A stretch of 61,950 nucleotides of DNA, filler included. It is 13 parts of 13 records of this genome, joined end to end, with 100 filler letters (N's around TTAATTAATTAA, not from the genome) between each part and the next. Parts side by side here need not be neighbours in the genome. Positions count along the whole stretch, not along the records: positions 36,857 to 41,654 come from SRR9670534_1465; positions 41,755 to 43,834 come from SRR9670534_1469; positions 43,935 to 50,294 come from SRR9670534_1470; positions 50,395 to 52,941 come from SRR9670534_1476; 9 more parts are not named here. One strand, written 5' to 3'. The translations under genes and the position numbers were made by a program. Shown piece by piece: positions 39,801 to 50,522 of this stretch. The notes below the pieces were generated by a model, which was given only the letters and a program-made list of their open reading frames with translations, had not been told where the DNA came from and ran no database searches. Position 1 is the first letter of the stretch. Each line of letters begins with the position of its first letter.

Positions 39801-41654
39801 TTAAAACTAACAGATGATGATAAGCATTATTGTAGATTTCTATGGTTCAGTGATGTTAAACACAAAAAATTTTCAATTTCTGTGAAATGCTTTAAACGCT
39901 TGCCTTTTGGACTTAACTGTAGTCCATTTCTTTGTAATGCTAGTATATACTATCATTTTTCTCTTGCTGAGGAAAATGCATCTGCTTATGATAAACCATT
40001 CTTTGATAGACTAAAAAATTGCTTGTATGTAGATGACTTATGTACTGGAACGTTTCTTCCAAAAAATAATGAAAATGCTTCTGCTGAGGTTTTGAAACTA
40101 ATTAGTCTAGCAAAAGATTGCTTAAAACAAGCAAATTTTACATTGCATAAGTTTTACACAAATTGTCCACAATTAACAGAATATTTAGATGAGTACAATT
40201 CTGGATTTGACTTAACTGGAAACACTACTATATTGGGGCTTAATTGGGATCCAAAAGCAGATACTTTTAGCTTTGATCTTTCATTTTTACATACTAATCT
40301 ATCTTGCACTAACTTGACTAAAAGAAAATTGCTTAGTACAATCTCAAAAATCTTTGATCCATTGGGTTTAATTAGCCCTATTTCAATATCAGGTAAGGTT
40401 TTAATGCAAGAACTCATAAAGGAGAAAACTGATTGGGACTGTGTTGTCCCTAATTCCATATTGCAAAAGTTACAAGTTTGGATTTCAAAGCTAAGTAAAA
40501 CTTTTTCATTTGATAGATATGCCTTGCAAAATGCAAATTTTAAAAAGGTAAGTTTGCATGGATTTGCAGATGCTTCTAAAGATGCTTATGCTTGCTGTAT
40601 CTATGTTGTTTATGAGACAGCAAATGGTATACAATCTAAACTACTTTGTGCAAAAAGTAGAGTTGCACCTATGAATAACTTTTCTATAGCCAGGCTTGAA
40701 TTATTAGCTTGTGTTCTATTAGTTAGTTTATTGTCAACTATTCTACCAATTTTTCAATCTGAGCCAACTTTGAATTATGAAAAATGTTATCTATGGACTG
40801 ATTCTCAAGTTGCTTTGACTTGGATACATTCTAGTAATGTAAAATCATATGGTGTTTGGGTCAAACGTAGAGTATCTCAAATTCTTTCTGTTGTGAATTC
40901 CAATAATTTCATGTTTTGTCCTGGAGAACTTAATCCAGCTGATATTGCCACTAGGCCATTTCAAATGGAAATTCCATTACTATGGCATAATGGCCCATCT
41001 TTTTTGCTTGATAATAACTATCCTAATCAACCATTGTTAACATATAGTTCATCTGCTATTTATGAAATGTGCAAACCTTCAAAAAATACTACTGTAGTTG
41101 ATGAAAATGTACTGTTAGCGCCATCTATTGACAATGAATGTGACATTTTTGATTTTAACAGATTTTCTAGTTACAAAAAACTAGTTCGCACTGTATCTAT
41201 AGTACTTAGATTTATCAAGGCATGCAAAAAACTTCCTATTGACTATGGTACTATCTCTGTAAGTGAACAACAAAATGCTGAAAATGTTCTTTTTAAGCTA
41301 CATCAAAATCTGTTTTTTTCAAATTTATACTCAAAACTTAGTGTTAACAAACCTAGTTCTGTTCTATGGGAACTAAGACCTTATTTGAATGATAATAATG
41401 TTATTATGGTAAAAGGTCCTATTGGTAATGCACAAGCTTCTATACCAGTTAATAATGACTATATTTTACTATCTCAGCACTCCTTGCTAACTAAATTAAT
41501 TGTAGTTGATTGTCATGAAAGATGTTTTCATTCTGGAGTAAATTACACTCTTTCATTTCTAAGACACCGTTTCTGAATTCCTAGAGCTAGAACTTTGATA
41601 AAAAGTATTATACATAAGTGTAAGCTTTGTGCACATTTTTCAAAAAATAGTTAT
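36857..41654 (+). mobile_element. BEL/Pao LTR retrotransposon, internal part (both ends cut by spacers)
   Basis: Single gag-pol frame. Possible LTR end CA at 36885-36886 followed by TT-TGG (PBS-like) at 36887-36891. Confidence 0.92.
37005..41654 (+). pseudogene. BEL/Pao gag-pol with a nonsense codon in the integrase zinc finger
   Basis: LP...LP.F.G...W..F gag region, three Zn knuckles (CVYC..H..C, CYLC...GH....C, C.CG.KHH..IC), protease LDDGS, RT (YLPHRPV, DIKKAF, RLPFG, YVDD), Pao RNase H (HGFADAS, RLEL, WTDS, NPAD.ATR). Then HERCFHSG...RF*IPRAR...CKLC with TGA at 41574-41576. Confidence 0.9.
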
Positions 41655-42021
41655 NNNNNNNNNNNNNNNNNNNNNNNNNNNNNNNNNNNNNNNNNNNNTT
41701 AATTAATTAANNNNNNNNNNNNNNNNNNNNNNNNNNNNNNNNNNNNNNNNNNNNTTTAACACTATCATGTTCAGTAGCATTGAAAGACATAATTCGTCGG
41801 TCACCCGAATATTTACGAATTCGTCATGTATTAACAAAACACTACACGGACATTATTATTAATAATTAATAACAATTATTCGCGGACGATGCAAGTGTTT
41901 CTATGCGTCAGATTTGCGCGGCGCAAATTGCGCCTCATACCGTATTGTACTACAATATTTACCTAAATGTATTCACAGCACGTGGATTTTCGTATTTTAG
42001 TAACTAAGAATTTGAACATAC

Positions 42022-43066
42022 AATAAATATCTTCCATATGCAATACAGTGAGAAGAAATATCCCAAAAAATTAAAGTACATTCCTTTCCATGTCGTGGAA
42101 TATTGAATTCTTTCCTAAAGCAATCAAAGTCATAATTTCTTATATGTACATTGTACAAGTTGTTGAGATATCTAGGTACCTTTGTGTTCCTCAAATCAAC
42201 AACTTCAAAAAACAATTGCCTATTGAATTCCTCGTAAATACCAATTTCTTCTTTCAGAGGTTTAGTGTCATGTAACTGTTCCCAACCTCCACTTCTTATC
42301 CTGTTCCAAATTCCACCAATTCCTGATGGATATTCTTGAGTTCTCTTCATCTTGGCATTCTCTCGTTCCATACCCAACAGTCTTCTCTTTTTGTTTAGCA
42401 TCACGTCCATATTTTGCAGCAATTTCTTTTCCATCTTCAAAATATCAGCGTCACTCACATGACCAACGAATATCGTCATAGAAGTATATGGATAATTTAC
42501 AGCACCAAAACCAGAAAGTAAGGCCATTACCGTCACACCAACTATTCCGACCCGTGAAACTGCCTGCTCTATGGATATAATTCCATATTTTGGAGATAAA
42601 ATCGGGAAAGGATCACCAATTTTCCAAAAACACCAAATGATAAATAACCAAATAATCGTTGTTGTTACCATCAAATTTGCACCTTTTAGACGAACTAAAA
42701 AATTACCTATACATTTTTGATAGTTAAAAGTGAAAGGAAACTATTACCAAATGATATATTGGAGACAATTTGGTGAGCAATGTAAAAAGGTAGGATAAAT
42801 AGCAGAATCAGCAAAATTGCATAAAGATGCAGTTTCCAATGGAAAAATCTCGAATCTTTCTCGAAAATACCAACAATTTCAAAGATTATCAGCTCAAAAA
42901 GGCTACAGGCTAAACTTAGGGTTGACGTAAAGACAAACTGGATACCAATTTGGTGAACTTCGAAATCCCTGAATAGAATGGTGTTACAAAAAATCCACCC
43001 AAACCCAAGGAAGGCCAATTGGGAAATCACCATGATGAAACAATCGTACAATACCAAGGAAGCCAT
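42022..43066 (-). CDS. GPR89: Golgi pH regulator GPR89, 3'-truncated
   Basis: Exons 43066-42748, 42694-42180 and 42114-42022. FELIIFEI, FWKIGDPFPILSPK.GI.SIEQ.VSRVG..GVTVMALLSGFGAVNYPY. Confidence 0.94.
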
Positions 43067-43130
43067 CTAAAATGTTCGTTCAGCATAAAAAAGACTCAAA
43101 AAATAAAAGTAAAAAAGCCTATTTAGAAAT

Positions 43131-43707
43131 CTAATTCTTCGTGTTCTTCTTAACTTTGAATTTTGGCACTTTTTCATCAACGATACGAGTAAAGTCCTTT
43201 AGCTGCAAAAGAAAACCGATTAGGCAGATGAAAAAGATGTCGCGATTATCATTATGTGATTGCGTATACAGGTGTACGTACATTTTTTGCACCAGATAGC
43301 TTGAAAATACTGTAGCTAAGTATTACATATACTGACACTACATATAATGTAGCTCTTCTTAATGCTTTTGAAGCCAGTTTGACGCCCTCGTGCGTTAAAT
43401 TTGCTCTACGACTTTCGTATGGCTAAAAATACACATGTGATAATAAGGATGACTGCATAGATACTGTACATTTGTGTATTCTACAAAATATTAAAACATG
43501 CATTTAATAATGATGGTGCCTTGATGTGTCTTTGATCTTCCTCCATTACAGGCATAACTCTTTTTAACAGCCATAGTCCACCACCAAATCCAGTAATTAG
43601 TGACAAAGCACCAATTGAAGCGATCCCGATGTACAACGCATTAGTAGCTACGAAATATGGACAATGTATGTATGTAATACCTAGGGTAAGTTAGGTAACC
43701 TACCCAT
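43131..43707 (-). CDS. TMEM242: TMEM242-like mitochondrial membrane protein (not in ORF track)
   Basis: Exons 43707-43704, 43647-43520, 43422-43282 and 43202-43131 give MATNALYIGIASIGALSLITGFGGGLWLLKR...HEGVKLASKALRRATLY...IFKLSGAKNLKDF...P, resembling the recalled TMEM242 pattern GF...L..AKK / ESG..LA.RAL..G.LY / WK..G...M.DF. Confidence 0.7.
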
Positions 43708-43806
43708 GTACGAAGTATGCCTAACTAATAAACACTCTCACAGTAGCACAGTGTATGTCATAAGCTATATATACACAATACATAATAATTTGATACACAA
43801 TTACAA

Positions 43807-43834
43807 TACAGTCAAATCCCGTTATAACGAATTG
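43807..43834. mobile_element. Tigger/pogo-like transposon end at contig edge
   Basis: TA + CAGTCAAATCCCGTTATAACGAATTG resembles pogo/Tigger terminal inverted repeats with a TA target. The rest is lost in the gap. Confidence 0.5.
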
Positions 43835-44168
43835 NNNNNNNNNNNNNNNNNNNNNNNNNNNNNNNNNNNNNNNNNNNNTTAATTAATTAANNNNNNNNNN
43901 NNNNNNNNNNNNNNNNNNNNNNNNNNNNNNNNNNATAATGATCCAATACTATATTCAGGGAAAAACCATACAGGAAAAAAAACCCAAAAAACATAGTCAA
44001 ACTTTTATGTAAATAATTCTCTATAGATTTTCATGTAGACCTATAAGGGTCCTTCCATTAGGCATGCCTAATGGACCTCCAGGTAAGTCAGTGGATCTTC
44101 AGGTAAGCCAGTGGGCCACCAGGTAGACCTTCCATAGGAGGGTAGGCCAACAGATTGTAATCTTTAAT

Positions 44169-47100
44169 TTACAATAATAAAGGTTTTGTAGAAATGTGAT
44201 CAGATTAAACTTGCCTTTTTACATATATATACGATAATGCTGTTTTTTCTTGTTCATATGTATGAATGGTGCTGGTATGTTGATTAATTCTTAAGCCACT
44301 TGTATTTGCTGTAACTCTGACTTGTTGTTCTTTAAGAACATTTAAGTATTGGTCAAATATAAAATCTTTATTACTAACTCCTTTACATTTAACCATTGAA
44401 CTATCTGCTGTTTTTAAAATATAGTTCTTGGAACTTAGACCAACATAGCCAATACCTTCAGCCTCTAGTTTAAATAATCTAAATATATTATTTATTATTA
44501 ATCATTATTAACAATTATAAAATTTACCCAGGAACTCTATTATATCTCTTGTCTGTAACAATAAAACTTGATTTAACTGTATTATATTCATCAAATAGCT
44601 CAGGCTTTACTATTTTATCAATATGGTCTTCAGAAATATGAAAGTAAAAACTATCCTAAATAAATAACATTAATCTTTAATTCTTTATTAATAATGATAA
44701 ATCTTACAGTATCTGTATGTAGTAATTGATATTTTGAAGAATCCAAATACTTTTGAATAAAATAGTAATAAAATTGCAGCATATGATCTTTTGAATTGCC
44801 ATATACACTTGCCCCTATTTGCAATGGCAACTTATGTGTAATATGAGACTTCAACATCTCAATTTCATAAACTTCACCATAAAGTTGATCTGCTGATTGG
44901 AAATGAGGACTTTTTGCTAGCTTAAAAAACTGGTCATCATTGCTAGCATATTTGACTTCTCTATATAAATCAACTCTTTTTAAGGTGGTTCCATATACAG
45001 AATTTCCAACTAACTAAAATAATATATATTATTATAATATAAATTATAGTAAATATACCTTCCAAGTATTTCCAATAATTTGCTTTGATGAGTCTCTATC
45101 AACTAATTCTCTAGCTTCTTGACATTTTGTAGACAAGAAGTTAAATGGTGCATTTGGAACAAATTCAATTATCTGTGTTATATCATCAACAATTAAGCCA
45201 AGATTAATAAATGTCTACATTTGATAGGTAGTAAATAGTTGGCATTTAGCAGTAAAACTTGATATTAAAGCTTCCTTTTTATTAAAATTGATATCATTAT
45301 CAAGTATAAACTTCTTCATTGTTTGGCCAATATCATCTATAGAAATATTATATACCTTTTTTACAAAAGGTGGATATTTCTCAAACTTTTCATATTCTGA
45401 TGGATTCACATGTAAACTAGCTACTACAAAGCCAAATATTTCTCCAGTTTTGATTTTTGAAATAATTTCATCAATATTGTGATAACTACTATATTTTATA
45501 GTTGCTGGAATACACTTATTCAAGGCTTGCTTTGTAGCTACTGTTCTTTGGAAATTACATTCCCAAATAGTTCTAACAATATAACCAGCCTCTCTTATTT
45601 TTTGTAATCTTGTTAGTGTTTTTTGATATATTTCCTCATCTTGTTCATTTCTAGATCTCCCTTTGATGCAATTACAGGTATGTTGATGATAATAACATCT
45701 ACAATATTAAATAATATAGGAAATCTTAAAATATTTTTAAAATTAAATGGAAATTTTTAAAATATTATACTATTTTTAAAAATATTAGTAAGATTTTTAA
45801 AATATATAAAGATTTTTAAATATTATGACTACTTTTTGTTCAATTTTTACATTTTTCAAATGTTTTTAAAGTAAAATAAATGTATTGAAATTAATTATAA
45901 TTTAATTAAAATTGTATGGAACTTATTTATTTTTAAAATATTTTTAAAATAAGCTAATATTTTTAAAAATTAGTGCGATATTTTAAAAATATTGTATTAA
46001 TTTTAAAAATACTTAGAAAATTTTAAAAATAATATTATATTTTAAAATATATTTAATTATTTAATATTTACCCTAAGAATTCAAACACTGTATTTGTTAC
46101 TTTTTCAAAACCATCTACTGGATAAGCATTGCCTTCAATTGTATAAATTATGTGTTGTTCTGGACTATTAAATTGATGTTGTATGAATATATTTTCAACA
46201 TCCATAATATATTCAAGCCATTCAATTTCTTTGATAAATCTTACATGGTTTGGCAACTGTGGTGCAAAAAAGTCACTTTTTTCTCTGTAAATATAAATAC
46301 CTGTAGGTAATTTATATTTTTCACTTGTTGTATTAAACATATATAAACTATTGGCATCATATCTAAAAAATAATAAATAATTAACAAATTATAATATTTA
46401 TTTAATTTACCCAATAATTTTCTTTGTTACATTATTAGAATTTCTAATACAAGTGACATCTTTTTCTGCATATCTATGAAAAATTACAGATAGTCCTCCT
46501 TGTAGACTATATCTGAACAGGTTTGTTAAATCTTCATTATCAAATAATGTAAAGAATGTTCTTTGATTCATGTTATCCATAACATATTTCAAAGATATTC
46601 CAGAAATGCTTAAGGCATCTTTAAATATATCCAAACCCATATTTTCATAGATTTCTTTCATTCTCTTAATAGCTGTTACACCTGGTTGAACATCTAGTTC
46701 ATTATAATACTTCAACATATCCATGAGATTTGTCCAACCTTTCTCATACCATGTTTGCTTTACAAAGTCATAGTCAATGTCTGAAATAGCCTTATTTTTC
46801 AAGGTACTATAAAAGCTATCTTTGTTAGGTAATACTGTTTCATATAATTTTGAAAAATTTGTAATATATTCATAACAAAAGAAAAATTTTTCTTCATCCA
46901 CATTATAAGCTTTTAAAAATTTTGCATAAGAGAAGCCTGGAGCTAAATAATTTAATAAATCCAAAAACTTTAGCCACTTTGTCTGAATAGTCATATATGT
47001 ATTTCCTCTTTTAATGGTAAATTTGTATTGGTCTTCATTGCTTTCAACTTTATCAAATAGTACTTTGAAAAAACAATTTCTAATTAAATTTAAGTCATAA

Positions 47101-48584
47101 AACTTTGAATTAAAGGCCAATACAATAAGCTGATTTAAAAACTGTTCAAATCTTGGAATAATATTAATAGTTAAATAGTCAATCAGCTTATTATTATTAA
47201 AAACTTTTGCCATTTCTAGCATATTCTTTAAATCCTCAATTATAGTACCATAATTATTTTCTTGCATACAGATATTATATGCTGTTTTACTTATATTCAG
47301 TAAATAATTATAGAATTCTTCAATCAGAGTCAATGGATTTTCATAACAAATAAATTTACAAGTTTTATATCCTGGAACATTTGAACTAATACAGCAAGAC
47401 AATGGTACATGTTCATGAGTATATACTGTATTAGTGAAACTTTCTTCCTCAACTTTCTTCATTCTTGCTTCAAAGTCATAAAATGCAAAGAATGGATAGA
47501 ATTCTTTACCAGGAAATTTCTTATTAAGTAGTACTTCAATATCTTTGATTATATTTGTTGTATATTTAAAAGCTTTTCCAGGATATTTATTACTAATTTC
47601 ATTGTCATCTTTTTCAATGCATTGTTCAAAGTGTTCTTTCATATGATCAGTTCTTGAAAATCCAACCTGACATTTAGGACAAATAGCATTTACTAGAAAA
47701 TTTTGCATATTTTTTATAAAATATACATGATTCTCATGAAGGTAAACACATAAATTCTTGTCAAAATTTTCATTGCTTTTATAAGCATATTTGTAACCAG
47801 TTGAGTTCAAGTTGGCTGTAATTACATAAATATTCATTTCACATGATCTTTCTAAAGGATTAATATCTTCTGGAACTTGAATTCTATTAAAATCTGTCAA
47901 ATTTGTATAACGTTTATATTTTTGAAATAGTTGTTCAACTATTAAATTAAGTAGTCTTAATCTTGATTTAACCATCTTTAATTCTGTAATATTTAAATAG
48001 CTTAATGCCATACAGCGAAACATACATTTGTTATCTGTATACAGAGTTTGCTTTGTTGGATGATAAACTAATGAAATTAACTTTCGACTTTTCATTATCT
48101 ATTTAGGTATTTCATTATTTATACCAACATTATCAATAATTCTCTGCTTATCCAAATAGGTTATCATTACTTTATAGGCTATTAATGAATGTAATTGCCA
48201 TTTAGTACTTGGTCTTTTCTCAAGAAATTTTTCATAGACAGAATCAATGGTAACATCTGTAATTTTATTTAATAAGTCTTCAAAATTACTTCTTGTATAG
48301 ATGTAGTAAGGTTTTTGAAACACTGATGTATTAGTACTTGGTAAAAAACACATGTAAGTTGGTGGATTCTTATGTTTGTATCTCAAAATACAAGCCAATT
48401 GAATATTTATCTTAAAAGAATGATTAATTTTGGCAAATAAATTTTCAATTGTAACTTTGACATCATCAGCCAAGAATCCTTGTGTATTTAAAACACTTTC
48501 CCACAAAACTTTTTGTGTATTCTTCTTAACTGTAAGTACTTTATTATATTTGTGTAATAATTGCTCAATATTTGAAAATTCCAT
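44169..48584 (-). pseudogene. Intron-containing protein-primed family B DNA polymerase of Polinton/Maverick type, three in-frame stops
   Basis: Exons 48584-46411, 46362-46072, 45698-45059, 45013-44708, 44655-44528 and 44478-44169. OTU-like DNKCMFR...ENHVY, C2HC finger, ExoI YDFEA, ExoII FNSKFYDL, ExoIII YNELDV, motif A GYDANSLY, VSR-like insert VDG...EFLGCYYH...IWEC, motif B KLVGNSVYG, motif C DTDS, PGLFKLE, KNY, KCKGV and terminal KRQV..D.IST.PL. Confidence 0.9.
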
Positions 48585-48859
48585 CTAAATAAATATATCT
48601 TATATACTTAATATATATTACAATATTAATAATTAATAAATTACATAGTGCATATAAACAACTATATTAGATTGAATACATTTCTATAGAAACATTTTCA
48701 AAATTGTAATAAGAAATAGAAAATAACAGATAAGAATAGAATTTTAAATCTTTGGGCAAAAAACAAGGGTTACCTACTCTGCTAAGAAAGAATTTTTAAG
48801 TTACAACAATTATCAAGTTACTTATATAGTAATTTAGTAGTGGCTATAATTAGCAAATT

Positions 48860-48980
48860 ACATCATAGCTAATTTTAGAATATGATTTTACAGTTATTTT
48901 TAGAATATGATGTCATAGTTAAATTTAGAAATTAGTGTTATAGTTATATTTAGATAATGATGTCATAGCTAAATTTAAAT
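48860..48980. repeat. Degenerate ~26-bp tandem repeat upstream of pPolB
   Basis: About 4-5 copies of CATAGYTAWWTTTAGAATATGATGT-like units. Confidence 0.6.
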
Positions 48981-49468
48981 AAAAAATCTCTTCATAAAGA
49001 TTCCAGGTATAATGATTCTAGAATTGACAGTATTTGCAAGATAGACATCTTTTCTTATTTTGCACTGTTTTGTACCTACATTAATTATATAAATTACTAA
49101 TATATAATAGAATTACTAATTACTAAATGATATAAATTACTATTAATTAAATAACATTGATTAATGAATAAATACTGTAATATATGAATTAATAATAAAT
49201 AAAGAGCTAATTAATTAATAATATTAATTATTAAATAACAAATTAATAAATATTATATAATTAACACTTATTTACATCTTTTATTTGAGTACATATATTC
49301 TATGGAACATTGTTTGGTTACAGGTATTCATGTCAAATAACAGGTTTGTTTTTATTCAATATTTAAAAGCTTTAAATATTTAATAATATGTTTGAGTGTT
49401 TTGAAGATCTGTTGATTTTTGATTGGTAGCCAAGTGAAGGAAGCTACATTTGCCTACACTAAAAGCAT

Positions 49469-49870
49469 AGGACTTTATGCCTACATACTAGTAATATACT
49501 AGCAATTGTAGGACTTTTGTCACAATTTATAAGTTCCTATCTAATGATAGTTCCTATGTGACATTGCCTTGAAAACCTCCAAGGGCTTTATTACATTTCT
49601 TAAAGATTTATCTTAACAAATAGTGACATCTGTGACGGCAGTCATGCTAAGTTTGCCTAGGCTATACTAGAATAGTAACTTAGTCAAACAGATTTCACTA
49701 TCTTAAAGTTAAAATCTATCTTTAAGATTTGTAATTTAGTGCCTCAAAACACTAGGCTTTAAGGACATTTTGCCTTGAAAAATATCAAGGACTTTTGCCT
49801 TAAAAATTTCAAGGACTTTTGCCTTAGATTATTTCAATGAATGAAATATTCTAAGGACTTTGTGCTACAT
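49469..49870. repeat. Clustered AGGACTTTTGCCT motifs upstream of pPolB
   Basis: Copies near 49469, 49509, 49581, 49761, 49787, 49811 and 49853, three of them in tandem at ~25-bp spacing. Confidence 0.65.
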
Positions 49871-50394
49871 AAGCTCCCTAAGGCTTCTATAGCCATGTAG
49901 CTTTCTTCAAGCTACCTCTGCACAACATTGTTCAATCTTTGATTTAATATGTGAAGTTTTCTTATGATTCTAAATAATATATATTATTAATAATTACATG
50001 TATTAAATAATGATTTACTAAAATTAAATTATTTTAGATTTACCAAAGTTTTCACACATGTAGCCTATTTATAAATATCAAACAATTATGTATTTGATTA
50101 ACTTGTATTAGCATGGAATAACACTGCCATCTATGTGGGCACAAGTACTATTGCCATTATTTATGTTTATTGCAAAGCTTGTTTAGTTGTAGTGATAAGT
50201 TATACTACCAACAGTTATTATCTAAAAAGTATAAGGTGTAAAGTATTATTATTATATTATTAATACTGTTATTATTTATTATTAATAATAATAANNNNNN
50301 NNNNNNNNNNNNNNNNNNNNNNNNNNNNNNNNNNNNNNTTAATTAATTAANNNNNNNNNNNNNNNNNNNNNNNNNNNNNNNNNNNNNNNNNNNN

Positions 50395-50421
50395 GCCATA
50401 CCTAGTGTAGGTATGGCCTTG
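50395..50421. mobile_element. Truncated palindrome related to the 37-bp element at 21610
   Basis: GCCATACCTA-GTG-TAGGTATGGCCTTG shares the terminus TAGGTAT(C/G)GCCTTG. The left end is lost in the gap. Confidence 0.55.
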
Positions 50422-50522
50422 GTACATATGTATATGCCTAACTTATACATTTACTCTATACAGCATAGACTATACTATGTTTATGCTTTAGTAATGTACT
50501 TATCCTAATTCTTCAGTGTATA

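Noticed and set aside
44205-48101. Alternative genetic code to explain in-frame stops
   Set aside because: The stops are of mixed type (TAG, TAA, and TGA in BEL), and host genes end normally at all three stop codons.
36857-50294. BEL/Pao, GPR89/TMEM242 and pPolB as one composite element
   Set aside because: They lie on three separate contigs joined by spacers, so no linkage can be inferred.
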